A stretch of 63,764 bases of DNA, counting the filler, from Chiloscyllium plagiosum (lineage: Eukaryota), in NCBI RefSeq assembly GCF_004010195.1. It is 6 parts of one record of this genome, joined end to end, with 100 filler letters (N's around TTAATTAATTAA, not from the genome) between each part and the next. Parts side by side here need not be neighbours in the genome. Positions count along the whole stretch, not along the records: positions 22,524 to 31,307 come from NC_057716.1; positions 31,408 to 41,551 come from NC_057716.1; 4 more parts are not named here. One strand, 5' to 3'. How positions within the stretch are numbered: the stretch's first letter is position 1; each line of letters begins with the position of its first letter. Below are positions 23,662-35,163 of the stretch, in pieces. The translations under genes were made by a program, and so were the position numbers. The notes beneath the pieces are model-generated. The model was given only the letters and a program-made list of their open reading frames with translations, was not told the DNA's origin and searched no databases.

Positions 23662-25115
23662 TTTAAGTCATCATTGTCCACAGGAATAGTGCCAGAAGGC
23701 TGGAGGGTCGCTAATGTTGTCCCTTTGTTCAAGGGGAGTAGAGACAACCCTGGAAATTATAGACCAGTCAGCCCTACATCTGTTGCGGGTAAAGTGTTGG
23801 AAAAGTTATAAGAGATAGGATTTATAATCATCTGGAAAGGAATAAGTTGATTAGGGATAGTCAGCACGGTTTTGTGAAGGGTAGGTCGTGCCTCACAAAC
23901 CTTACTGAGTTCTTTGAGAAGGTGATCAAACAGGTGGATGAGGGTAAACCGGTTGATGTGGTGTATATCGATTTCAGTAAGGTGTTCGATAAGGTTCCCC
24001 ACGGTAGGCTATTGTACAAAATGTGGAAGAATGGGATTGTGGGTGATTTCGCGGTTTGGATCAGTAATTGGCTTGCTGAAAGAAGACAGAGGGTGGTGGT
24101 TGATGGGAAATGTTCATCCTGGAGTTCAGTTACCGGTGATGTACCACAAGGGTCGATGTTGGGTCCACTGCTGTTCGTAATTTTTATAAATGACCTGGAT
24201 GAGGGTGTAGAAGGGTGGGTTAGTAAATTTGCGGATGACACTAAGGTCGATGGAGTTGTGGATAGTGATGAAGGATGTTGCAGGTTACAGAGGGACATAG
24301 ATAAGCTGCAGAGCTGGGCTGAGAGGTGGCAAATAGACTTTAATGTGGAAAAGTGTGAGGTGATTCACTTTGGAAGGAGCAACAGGAATGCAGAGTACTG
24401 GCCTAATGGTAAGATTCTTGAAAATGTAGATGAGCAGAGAGATCTTGGTGTTCATGTACATAGATCCCTGAAACTTGTCACCTAGGTTGATAGGGTGTTA
24501 AGAAAGCATATGGTGTGTTTTATTAATATAGGGATTGAGTTTCGGGGCCACGAGGTCATGTTGCAGCTGTACAAAACTCTGGTGCGGCCGCACTTGGAGT
24601 ATTGTGTACAGTTCTGGTCACCGCATTATAGGAAGGATGTGGAGCTTTGGAAAGGGTGCAGAGGAGATTTACTCGGATGTTGCCTGGTATGGAGGGAACG
24701 TCTTATGAGGAAAGGCTGAGAGACTTGAGGCTGTTTTCGTTAGAGAGAAGAAGGTTGAGAGGTGACTTAATAAAGACATATAAGATAATCAGAGGGTTAG
24801 ATAGGGTGGACAGGGAGAGCCTTTTTCCCTCGGATGGTGATGGATAACACGAGGGGACATAGCTTTAAATTGAGGGGGTGATAGATATAGGACAGATGTC
24901 AGAGGTAGTTTCTTTACTCAGAGAGTAGTAGGGGACTTGGAACGGCCTGCCTGTAACAGTAGTAGACTCACCAACTTTAAGGGCATTTAAATGGTCATTG
25001 GATATGGACAAGAATGGAATAGTGTAGGATAGATGGGCTTCAGATCGGTTCCACAGGTCGACACAACATCGAGGGCCGAAGGGCCTGTACTGCGCTGTAA
25101 CGTTCTATGTGCTCT
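23662..25115 (+). mobile_element. 5'-truncated CR1 LINE (RT domain to tail)
   Basis: QHGFVKGRSCLTNL, DFSKVFDKVPH, VPQGSMLGPLLF and KFADD motifs; frameshifted downstream. Confidence 0.93.
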
Positions 25116-25440
25116 CCAGATTGCTAGTTTTTTGCCAGTCTGTCAATATAGAGTTTATGTGAGTCAGTACACAGGATTTTGTACGTTGTGTTGGTCCTGT
25201 ATGTTGTGGGTACAGAGTCCTTTGTTCTCATGAGCAGTTGGTGCAGTGTGGGTGTGGATCGGTGTGCTGTCATGATCCCTAGTTATTGTCAGAGGCTGGT
25301 TGTCGTTTCTGATATGGTTTCGGGTAGAGGGACCAGTATCCTTTTGGCATTGTCTGTCTGATAGACATTGGTGGATGAAGCTGTTGGGTCTCCGTGTTTG
25401 TACAGGAGCTGTGCCTCACCCCTGTGTAGGTCTGGAGTGG
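25116..25440 (-). mobile_element. Penelope-like element, 5' part (continues at 23661)
   Basis: Degenerate ISETTT...YKILC...QTGKKLAIW; rejoins in frame to IPKHQLA across the CR1 insertion. Confidence 0.65.
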
Positions 25441-25643
25441 CTACAGTCTGGGAATGGTGCATGGTCAGATAGGACAGAAATCTGACATGAGCAGCAACTT
25501 GTTGTGGGGAAGGGTAGGGAGATAATGAGGTGAGTTTAGTCAGATATAGACAGAGAACCTCATGAGGACAAACCCTCCAAAAATATTAACACAACTTAGA
25601 TTTAATCAAATAAATGATGAGATCCAACTAATGGTGTTTGATT

Positions 25644-25649
25644 TTTATT
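25644..25649 (-). terminator. Possible CHPF polyadenylation signal
   Basis: TTTATT on + (AATAAA on -) about 1.4 kb downstream of the CHPF stop codon, across an N gap. Confidence 0.2.
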
Positions 25650-25799
25650 CTGTCACATATAGTCTCACACACACTTACTCATTGACACACTCACACACCC
25701 TCATTACCAACAGGAGATTCCAACATCCTCCACATCTCCATCAACATCACCGTCTCCTTCTGACCATTTACTCATCTCTCTGCACTCCCTGTGACCCAG

Positions 25800-26675
25800 C
25801 CACCCATCCCCCCTCCCACCCCCACCCCCTCCCTGTCACAGTCCCCCCCAGCCCCTCCCTGTCACATTCTCCCCACCCNNNNNNNNNNNNNNNNNNNNNN
25901 NNNNNNNNNNNNNNNNNNNNNNNNNNNNNNNNNNNNNNNNNNNNNNNNNNNNNNNNNNNNNNNNNNNNNNNNNNNNNNNNNNNNNNNNNNNNNNNNNNNN
26001 NNNNNNNNNNNNNNNNNNNNNNNNNNNNNNNNNNNNNNNNNNNNNNNNNNNNNNNNNNNNNNNNNNNNNNNNNNNNNNNNNNNNNNNNNNNNNNNNNNNN
26101 NNNNNNNNNNNNNNNNNNNNNNNNNNNNNNNNNNNNNNNNNNNNNNNNNNNNNNNNNNNNNNNNNNNNNNNNNNNNNNNNNNNNNNNNNNNNNNNNNNNN
26201 NNNNNNNNNNNNNNNNNNNNNNNNNNNNNNNNNNNNNNNNNNNNNNNNNNNNNNNNNNNNNNNNNNNNNNNNNNNNNNNNNNNNNNNNNNNNNNNNNNNN
26301 NNNNNNNNNNNNNNNNNNNNNNNNNNNNNNNNNNNNNNNNNNNNNNNNNNNNNNNNNNNNNNNNNNNNNNNNNNNNNNNNNNNNNNNNNNNNNNNNNNNN
26401 NNNNNNNNNNNNNNNNNNNNNNNNNNNNNNNNNNNNNNNNNNNNNNNNNNNNNNNNNNNNNNNNNNNNNNNNNNNNNNNNNNNNNNNNNNNNNNNNNNNN
26501 NNNNNNNNNNNNNNNNNNNNNNNNNNNNNNNNNNNNNNNNNNNNNNNNNNNNNNNNNNNNNNNNNNNNNNNNNNNNNNNNNNNNNNNNNNNNNNNNNCTC
26601 CCTGTCACAGCCTCCCCACCCCTCCCTGTCACATTCCCCCCACCCCTTCCCTGTCACATTTGCCCCCCACCCCAC
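25800..26675. repeat. C-rich minisatellite (CCCTGTCACA core) spanning an N gap
   Basis: The same core occurs on both sides of the gap at 25879-26597. Confidence 0.7.
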
Positions 26676-27038
26676 CAGCATCACAGGGTCACAGCAGGTC
26701 AGAGAGTGTCCTGTTAAGCCAGCAGTCTTGGCGTGAGATGGGGTGAAGCGAATTAAAGTGAACACTGTCCTGGTCTTTGTTGGTTTGAGTTTGTGCTCGC
26801 AATGGGCTGGGTCATTATGGGATGGCAGCTTTCCTGCAGACTGAGGCCTGAGAGAAGGTGGCCATGTCAATGCTCCAGACTGGGACCCTTTGAGCTGGTG
26901 ATGACGGTGCTGTCTGTTTGCAGGTGAAGAGTTTGTCCAGTTCAGTGAGTAGAGGACACAGGGATTGGGAGGGGGTGGGGGTGCAAGATCCCAGCACCCA
27001 GGACAGTGGCAAGGACGAAGAGCTTCCTCCTCGTGCTC

Positions 27039-28301
27039 TCAGGTGCTGTTTCCTTGTTCCTGCTCAAACAGCAGCATTGCCAGCTGGGAGCGTGAGCCCA
27101 GTGCCTGGATGTTACTCTGCACACAGTGGTGATAGATCTCCTCGCTCACTCGCGGGTTACACAGCCGCTGGCTGTACTTCTGCCTCAGGCCTGGCTCCAC
27201 GGCACGGAAGACGTGGAGGTTAGAGTACTGCACAAACATCTCGTACAGGTCCAGGCTCTCCAGGATCTCCTCGTTCTCCAGGGCGTCAGACGCCATTCTC
27301 CCGCGTGCGGCCATGTAATCTGAGTTGTAGAAACAGGCAGCATCGAAGAAATCGCGGTCAAAGTGGCCGGAATCCTTCAGCAGGTCAATGGTCAGTGGCT
27401 GGGGCTGGTTGTGATAGGCCACCTCTGGGTTATATTCCTGGAAGTGGATGGGAAAGAAGACTTGCCATTGGTTGATGGAGTTCATGCGACAGCGGTTAAG
27501 GAACTCAAAGTTGACCTCCATGTTGATGCCGGCCACAAAAAACAAGGTGTCCACCGGATGCTTCTTGGAAATGATGTCCATGATTTTCAGTTGGCACGGT
27601 GAGTCTGTCTTCACACTAATCCAGGGAATCTTCGATTCCGGGTACTTCCTCTCACAGTCCATGATCTTGGCTTTGACACTGCTGAAGATATCGTTCTGAT
27701 TGACCCTCTGAGCTTCAAAGGGGTCATAGATGAAGAGGAGGGTGAGGATTGCATTCTCATTACTCTCCAGCGCATTGACAGCATACAGCTCGATGAAGCG
27801 AATGGCCTGTTCCCTCTCATGGACGGTGAGGGGCAGGATGATGTGGACCCTGGTGGCCTCAGTCACGTAGGGCATGGGGATGATCTCGATGTCACTGAGA
27901 GGCCTGACCAGGTACACCCTCTTGGTGATGGAGCGACTGTGCCCTTTCTGAGTGAGCACCTGCAGCTGTAGGTCCAGGGTATACTCCATGCCCCTGGTGG
28001 GGTCAAACCTCCGATAACCATTCACCAGCTGCTCCTTCCGCAGCTCCAGGGTGGGCAGATACTTCTTGTTCAGCTCCTCCACTGCTGTCTCGATGATGTT
28101 GCTGATGTCCATCTTGTCGATCCCACGCAACTCACACTTTGGTGAGCCGTCGATGCACGAGAAGAGCTGTTCCTCAGTGAAATAATCCCAGCGCAGGACC
28201 TCGAACCGCGTGCGGGGCTCAAAAGGAGGGTTAATCCCCACCGGCCAACTGCTCACCTTCTCCCCTTCAGCCATCAGCCCACTCACATTCCGGATTTCAT
28301 C
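27039..28301 (-). CDS. CHPF: CHPF (chondroitin polymerizing factor) large terminal coding exon, 420 aa
   Basis: Minus-strand acceptor tgttttcag|GAT; uninterrupted frame with WPVG, RFEVLRWDYFTE, LVNGYRRFDPTRGMEYTLDL and IPMPYVTEA motifs; C-terminus QLAMLLFEQEQGNST matches CHPF rather than CHPF2; adjacent to ASIC4 as in other vertebrates. Confidence 0.95.
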   Translation of the reverse strand, partial: DEIRNVSGLMAEGEKVSSWPVGINPPFEPRTRFEVLRWDYFTEEQLFSCIDGSPKCELRGIDKMDISNIIETAVEELNKKYLPTLELRKEQLVNGYRRFDPTRGMEYTLDLQLQVLTQKGHSRSITKRVYLVRPLSDIEIIPMPYVTEATRVHIILPLTVHEREQAIRFIELYAVNALESNENAILTLLFIYDPFEAQRVNQNDIFSSVKAKIMDCERKYPESKIPWISVKTDSPCQLKIMDIISKKHPVDTLFFVAGINMEVNFEFLNRCRMNSINQWQVFFPIHFQEYNPEVAYHNQPQPLTIDLLKDSGHFDRDFFDAACFYNSDYMAARGRMASDALENEEILESLDLYEMFVQYSNLHVFRAVEPGLRQKYSQRLCNPRVSEEIYHHCVQSNIQALGSRSQLAMLLFEQEQGNST

Positions 28302-28422
28302 CTGAAAACATGAGGCACAACAGAGGGTTAGAACCAGAGAAGGCCATTCAGCCCTGTGGGCATAGTAGAGACAGGAGGAGGTCACTTAGTCTCTTCAACC
28401 ATGACAACAGTTGGCCATTATT

Positions 28423-28660
28423 GGCACGGTGGCTCAGTGGTTAGCACTGCTGCCTCACAGCACCAGGGACCCAGGTTCGATTCCAGCCTCGGGCAACTGT
28501 CTGTGGGGAGTTTGCACATTCTCCCCGTGTCTGTGTGGGTTTCCTCCGGGTGCTCTGGTTTCCTCCCACAGTCCAAAGATGTGCAGGTTAGGATGGATTG
28601 GCCATGGGGAATTTCCCGTAGTGTTCAGGCTAGGTGGGTTAGCCATGGGAAACACAGGAA
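28423..28660 (+). mobile_element. HE1/V-SINE copy in the last CHPF intron
   Basis: A box TGGCTCAGTGG at 28430-28440, B box GGTTCGATTCC at 28474-28484, V-domain present. Confidence 0.85.
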
Positions 28661-29539
28661 TAGGGAAGGGGGGGGGGGTTGGGTCTGATTGGGCTGTTCC
28701 TTGCAAAGCTGATGGGTTCATTATCACTGAGTCTCAAAACCTATATGGCCATGAGAGGACTGGAAAATGGGGTTAGAATAGGGCTGAAGGGTCTGTTACT
28801 GGGCTGTAAAAAACTCAATGCTTTTTACACAGAAATGGGAGATGGGCCATTCAGCCCATTGAATTCCTCAATCCCTGACAAAAAAATTAACAAATCTCTG
28901 GAAAACTCCAACTGCCGTCAGCATCTACAGATTCCGGGACAGCCACTTCCAAATCCCGATTCCCATCAGGGTGAGGAAGCACTTCCTGACATCACCCCAA
29001 CCCCTGCTCAAATTGGAATGTTTAGGACCTTGTCCCTCCCTCCCAGAGGTAACAGTTCTCTCTTTTGACCCAAGTGGATTCTTTAATTATCTCAAACACC
29101 CTGAAGGGATCACAGGGGAGTATAAGCACGGTGTGTAGGAATTGTTCAAACCCAACCTGTAAATCATGGGGACCGTGCTCAATAACCCCCCCCCTCCTCC
29201 TTGACATTCTTCACAAAAGTCACCTGCCATTTCCCTTTTCCCAACGTCCCCAGAGAGTCTTCACTCTCCCTCCAGCCCGGTCTGCCTCCACATTCCCGGT
29301 CAGTTAGTCAGCATCACAGCCTCCATCACAATCACAGCTAACCACCAGAGACCAGGATACAAGGCCAGCATGTAGCCCACTAACTGACCCCTGATCATCA
29401 GGAAGCACTAGACAGGGGCTGTGTCAGTTTGTTGGTGTAGGGCTTGGATCTGTGGGTGCCTCTGATATAACTCCCTGTCGCTCTGTGTACGTGTGCCTGC
29501 ACCCATCTGCATCTCTATATGTACCTCTGACACATTTTA

Positions 29540-30178
29540 TTATTCAAGGGATGTTGGTGTCACTGACTGGGCCCAGCATTTACTGCCCGTCCCTAGTTGC
29601 CCCTTGAGAAGGTGGGGGTGAGCTGCCTTCTTGAACCGCTGCAGTCCATGTGCTGTGGGTAGACCCACAATGCCCTTAGGGAGGGAATTCCAGGATTCTG
29701 ACCCAGTGACACTGAAGGAACGGTGATATATTTCCAAGTCAGGATGGTGAGGGGCTGGGAGGGGAACTTGCAGGGGGTGGTGTTCCCATGTATCTGCTGC
29801 CCTTGTCCTTCTCGATGGAAGTGGTTGTGGGTTTGGAAGGTGCTGTCTGAGGGTCTTTGGTGAGTTTCTGCAGTGCATCTTGTAGATGGTACACACTGCT
29901 GCTACTGAGTGTGGGTGGGGGAGGGAGTGGGTGGTGAAGTGGATGGTTGGGGTGCTGCTTAATGTTAAAAGGAGATGGTTCAATCTTCTCTTATTGATGA
30001 TGGTCACAGCCTGGCATTTATGTGGCGCGAATGTTACTTGCCCCTTGTCAGCCCTAAGCCTGGATATTGTCCAGATCTTGTTCCATTTGAACATGGACTG
30101 CTCCAGTACCTGAGGAGTGCTGAATGGTGCTGAACATTGTGTAATCATCGGTGACCATCCCCACTTCTGACCTTAGGT
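29540..30178 (-). mobile_element. LINE 3' fragment (second family); near-identical copy at 38505-38950
   Basis: SFSVTGSESWNSLP...LQRFKKAAHPHLLKG. Confidence 0.8.
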
Positions 30179-30184
30179 ATCTTT

Positions 30185-31307
30185 GTGTCAGTGTGTGTTT
30201 ATATCTCAGTGTCAGTCTGTATCTCAGTGTGTGTCTGTTTCTGTGTCAGTCTGTATCTCAATGTGTGTCTGTATCTCAGTGTGTGTCTGTATCTCAGTGT
30301 CAGTCTGTATCTCAGTGTGCGTCTGTTTCTGTGTCAGTCTGTATCAGTGTGTGTTTGTATCTCAGTGTCAATCTGTATCTCAGTGTGTGTCTGTGTTTCA
30401 GTGTCAGTCTGTATCTCAGTGTCAGTCTGTATCTCATTGTGTGCCTGTGTCTCAGTGTCAGTCTGTATCTCTGTGTGTGCCTGTGTCTCAGTGTCAGTCT
30501 GTGTCTCAGTGTGTGTCTGTATCTGTGTCAGTTTGTATTTCAGTGTGTGTCTGTATCTGTCAGTCTGTATCTCAGTGTGTGTCTCTATCTCAGTGTGTGT
30601 CGGTATCTCAGTGTCAGTCAGTATCTCATTGTGTCTGTTTCTGTGTCAGTCTGTATCAGTGTGTCTGCATCTCAGTGTCAGTCTGAAGCTCAGTGTGTGT
30701 CTGTATCTCAGTGTCAGTCAGTATCTCAGTGTGTGTCTGTACCTGTGTCAGTCTGTATCTCAGTGTGTGTCTGTGTTTCAGTGTCAGTCTGTATCTCAGT
30801 GTCAGTCTGTATCTCTGTGCGTGCCTGTATCTCAGTGTGTGTCTGTATCTGTGTCAGTCTGTAGCTCATTGTGTGCCTGTGTCTCAGTGTCAGTCTGTAT
30901 CTAATTGTGTGCCTGTGTCTCAGTGTCAGTCTGTGTCACAGTGTGTGTCTGTCTGTCGGTGTGTGTCTGAATGTCGGTGTGCGTGTGTATGTCAGTGTGT
31001 GTCTGTATGTTGGTGTGCATCGGTATGTCGGTGTGTGTCTGTATGTCAGTGTGTGTCTGTATGTCGGTGTGGGTCTGTATGTCAGTGTGTGTCCGTATGT
31101 CGGTGTGCGTGTGTATGTCGATGTGTATCTGTATGTCGGTGTGCGTGTGTATGTCAGTGTGTGTCTGTATGTCGGTGTGTGTCTGTATGTCAGTGTGTGT
31201 CTGTATGTCGGTGTGCGTGTGTATGTCGGTGTGTGTGTCTGTATGTCGGTGTGTGTCTGAATGTCGGTGTGCATGTGTATGTCAGTGTGTGTCTGTATGT
31301 CGGTGTG
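30185..31307. repeat. Compound TG-rich satellite (TCAGTCTGTATCTCAGTG, then TGTATGTCGGTGTGTGTC)
   Basis: Direct inspection; unit variant changes near 30950. Confidence 0.93.
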
Positions 31308-31407
31308 NNNNNNNNNNNNNNNNNNNNNNNNNNNNNNNNNNNNNNNNNNNNTTAATTAATTAANNNNNNNNNNNNNNNNNNNNNNNNNNNNNNNNNNNNN
31401 NNNNNNN

Positions 31408-34400
31408 GTAACAGCAGATACAGGGTGAGGGTCTGTATACAGTAACAGCAGATACAGGGCATGGGTCTGTACACAGTAACAGCAGATACAGGGTGTGGGT
31501 CGGTATACAGTAACAGCAGATACAGGGTGAGGGTCTGTATACAGTAACAGCAGATACAGGGTGAGGGTCTGTATACAGTAACAGCAGATACAGGGCATAG
31601 GTCTGTACACAGTAACAGCAGATACAGGGTGTGCGTCTGTATACAGTAACAACAGATACAGGGTGTGGGTCTGTATACAGTAACAGCAGATACAGGGCAT
31701 AGTCTGTACACAGTAATAGCTGATACAGGGCGTGGGTCTGTATACAGTAACAGTAGATACAGGGCATGGGTCTGTACACAGTAACAGCAGATACAGGGTA
31801 AGGGTCTGTACACATTAACAGCAGATACAGGGCGTGGGTCTGTATACTGTAACAGCAGATACAGGGCATGGGTCTGTACACAGTAACAGTGGATACAGGG
31901 TGAGGGTCTGTATACAGTAACAGCAGATACAGGGTTAATGTCTGTACACAGTAACAGCAGATACAGGGCGTGGGTCTGTATACAGTAACAGCAGATACAG
32001 GGTGAGGGTCTGTACACATTAACAGCAGATACAGGGTGAGGGTCTGTACACAGTAACAGCTGATTCAGGGTGAAGGTCTGTATACAGTAACAGCAGATAC
32101 AGGGTGAATGTGTGTACACAGTAACAGCAGATACAGGGTGAATGTCTGTACACAGTAACAGCAGATACAGGGCGTGGGTCTGTATACAGTAACAGCAGAT
32201 ACAGGGCATGGGTTTGTATACTGTAACAGCAGATACAGGGAATGGGTCTGTGTACAGTAACAGCAGATACAGGGCATAGGTTTGTACAGAGTAACAGCAG
32301 ATACAGGGTGTGGGTCTGTATACAGTAACAGCAGATACAGGGCATGGGTCTGCACACAGTAACAGCAGATACAGGATGAGGGTCTGTACACAGTAACAGC
32401 GGATACAGGGTGAGGGTCTGTATACAGTAACAGCAGATACAGGGTGAATGTACACAGTAACAGCAGATACAGGGCGTGGGTCTGTATACAGTAACAGCAG
32501 ATACAGGGCATGGGTCTGCACACAGTCAAGCTGATACAGGGTGAGGGTCTGTACACATTAACAGCAGATACAGGGCGTGGGTCTGCATACAGTAACAGCA
32601 GATACAGGGCATGGGTCTGTACACAGTAACAGCAGATACAGGGTGAGGGTCTGTATACAGTAACAGCAGATACAGGGTTAATGTCTGTACACAGTAACAG
32701 CAGGTAGAGGGCGTGGGTCTGTATACAGTAACAGCAGATAGAGGGCGTGGGTCTGTATACAGTAACAGCAGATACAGGGCATGGGTCTGCACACAGTAAC
32801 AGCAGATACAGGGTGAGGGTCTGTATACAGTAACACCAGGCCTGGGCTGAGGGTCTGTCTACAGTAACAGCTGATACAGGGTATGAGTCTGTATACAGTA
32901 ACACCAGGCCTAAGCTGAGGGACTGTGTACAGTAACAGTGGGCCTGGGGTGAGGGTCTGTGTACAGTAACAGTGGGCCTGGGCTGAGGGACTGTATACAG
33001 TAACAGTGGGCCTGGGGTGAGGGTCTGTGTACAGTAACAGTGGGCCTGGGCTGAGGGTCTGTCTACAGTAACAGTGGGCCTGGGGTGAGGGTCTGTGTAC
33101 AGTAACAGTGGGCCTGGGCTGAGGGTCTCTCTACAGTAACATTGGGCCTGGGGTGAGGGTCTGTGTACAGTAACAGTGGGCCTGGGGTGAGGGTCTGTCT
33201 ACAGTAACAGCTGTTACAGGGTATGAGTCTGTATACAGTAACACCAGGCCTAAGCTGAGGGACTGTGTACAGTAACAGTGGGCCTGAGGTGAGGGTCTGT
33301 ATACAGTAACAGTGGGCCTGGGCTGAGGGACTGTATACAGTAACAGCGGGCCTGGGGTGAGGGTCTGTGTACAGTAACAACAGGCCTGGGCTGAGGGACA
33401 GTATACAGTAACAGCGGGCCTGGGGTGAGGGTCTGTGTACAGTAACAGTGGGCCTGAGGTGAGGGTCTGTGTACAGTAACAGCGGGCCTGGGGTGAGGGT
33501 CAGTATACAGTAACAGCAGGCCTGGGGTGAGGGTCTGTGTACAGTAACAGTGAGCCTTGGGTGAGGGTCAGTATACAGTAACAGTGGGCCTGGGGTGGGG
33601 GTCTGTATACAGTTAAAGCGGGCCTGGGGTTAGGGTCAGTATACAGTGACAGTTGATACAGGGTGAGGGTCTGTGTACAGTAACAGTGGGCCTGGGGTGA
33701 GGGTCTGTGTACAGTAACAGTGAGCCTTGGGTGAGGGTCTATATACAGTAACAGTGGGCCTGGGGTGAGAGTCTGTATACAGTAACAGCGGGTCTGGAGT
33801 GAGGGTCTGTGTACAGTAACAGCGGGCCTGGGGTGAGGGTCTGTGTACAGTAACAGCGGGCCTGGGGTGAGGGTCTGTGTACAGTAACAGCGAGCCTGGG
33901 GTGAGGGCCTGTATACAGTAATAGTGGGCCTGGGGTGAGGGTCTGTGTACAGTAACAGTGAGCCTTGGGTGAGGATCAGTATACAGTAACAGTATGCCTG
34001 GGGTGAGGGTCTGTGTACAGTAACAGTGGGCCTGGGGTGAGGGTCTGTATACAGTAACAGTGGGCCTGGGGTGAGGGTCTGTGTACAGTAACAGCGGGCC
34101 TAGGGTGAGGGTCTGTATACAGTAACAATGGGCCTGGCGTGAGGGTCTGTGTACAGTAACAGCGAGCCTGGGGTGAGGGTCTGTGTACAGTAACAGCGAG
34201 CCTGGGGTGAGGGTCTGTATACAGTAACAGTGGGCCTGGGGTCAGGGTCTGTGTACAGTAACAGCGGGCCTAGGGTGAGGGGCTGTATACAGTAACAGAG
34301 GGCCTGGGGTGAGGGTCTGTATACAGTAACAGTGGGCCTGGGGTGAGGGTCTGTATACAGTAACACTGGGCCTGGGGTGAGGGTCTGTGTACAGTAACAG

Positions 34401-35163
34401 CGAGCCTGGGGTGAGGGTCAGTGTACAGTAACAGTGGGCCTGGGGTGAGGGTCAGTATACAGTAACAGTGGGCCTGGGGTGAGGGTCAGTATACAGTAAC
34501 AGTATGCCTTGGGTGAGGGTCTGTGTACAGTAACAGCAGGCCTGGGGTGAGGGTCTGTATACAGTAACAGCGAGCCTGGGGTGAGGGTCAGTATACAGTA
34601 ACAGTGGGCCCGGGGTGAGGGTCTGTGTACAGTAACAGCAGGCCTGGGGTGAGGGTCAGTGTACAGTAAGTGGGCCTGGGGTGAGGGTCAGTATACAGTA
34701 ACAGTGGGCCTGGGGTGAGGGTCAGTATACAGTAACAGTATGCCTTGGGTGAGGGTCTGTGTACAGTAACAGCAGGCCTGGGGTGAGGGTCAGTGTACAG
34801 TAGCAGTGGGCCTGGGGTGAGGGTCAGTATACAGTAACAGTGGGCCCGGGGTGAGGGTCTGTGTACAGTAACAGCAGGCCTGGGGTGAGGGTCAGTATAC
34901 AGTAACAGTGGGCCCGGGGTGAGGGTCTGTGTACAGTAACAGCGGGCCTGGGGTGAGGATCAGTATACAGTAACAGTGGGCCTGGGGTGAGGGTCTGTAT
35001 ACAGTAACAGTGGGCCTGGGGTGAGGGTCTGTGTACAGTAACAGTGGGCCCGGGGTGAGGGTCTGTGTACAGTAACTGCAGGCCTGGGGTGAGGGTCTGT
35101 ATACAGTAACAGTGGGCCTCGGGTGAGGGTCTGTGTACAGTAACAGTGGGCCTGGGGTGAGGG
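31408..35163. repeat. 34-bp minisatellite, ~110 copies, two sequence domains
   Basis: GTAACAGCAGATACAGGGTGAGGGTCTGTATACA, then GTAACAGTGGGCCTGGGGTGAGGGTCTGTGTACA. Confidence 0.97.

Noticed and set aside
27039..28301. CHPF2 or ASIC3 paralogue assignment
   Set aside because: The C-terminus AMLLFEQEQGNST, the neighbouring channel ending in DFAC, and the direct convergent adjacency all fit the CHPF/ASIC4 pair.
28302..28385. N-terminal 28 aa of the 448-aa CHPF ORF
   Set aside because: Intronic read-through upstream of the splice acceptor at 28302-28304.
31408..35163. CRISPR-like regular repeats (also the 29-, 33-, 44- and 69-bp arrays)
   Set aside because: Head-to-tail tandem units with no unique spacers, no cas genes, and a eukaryotic context.
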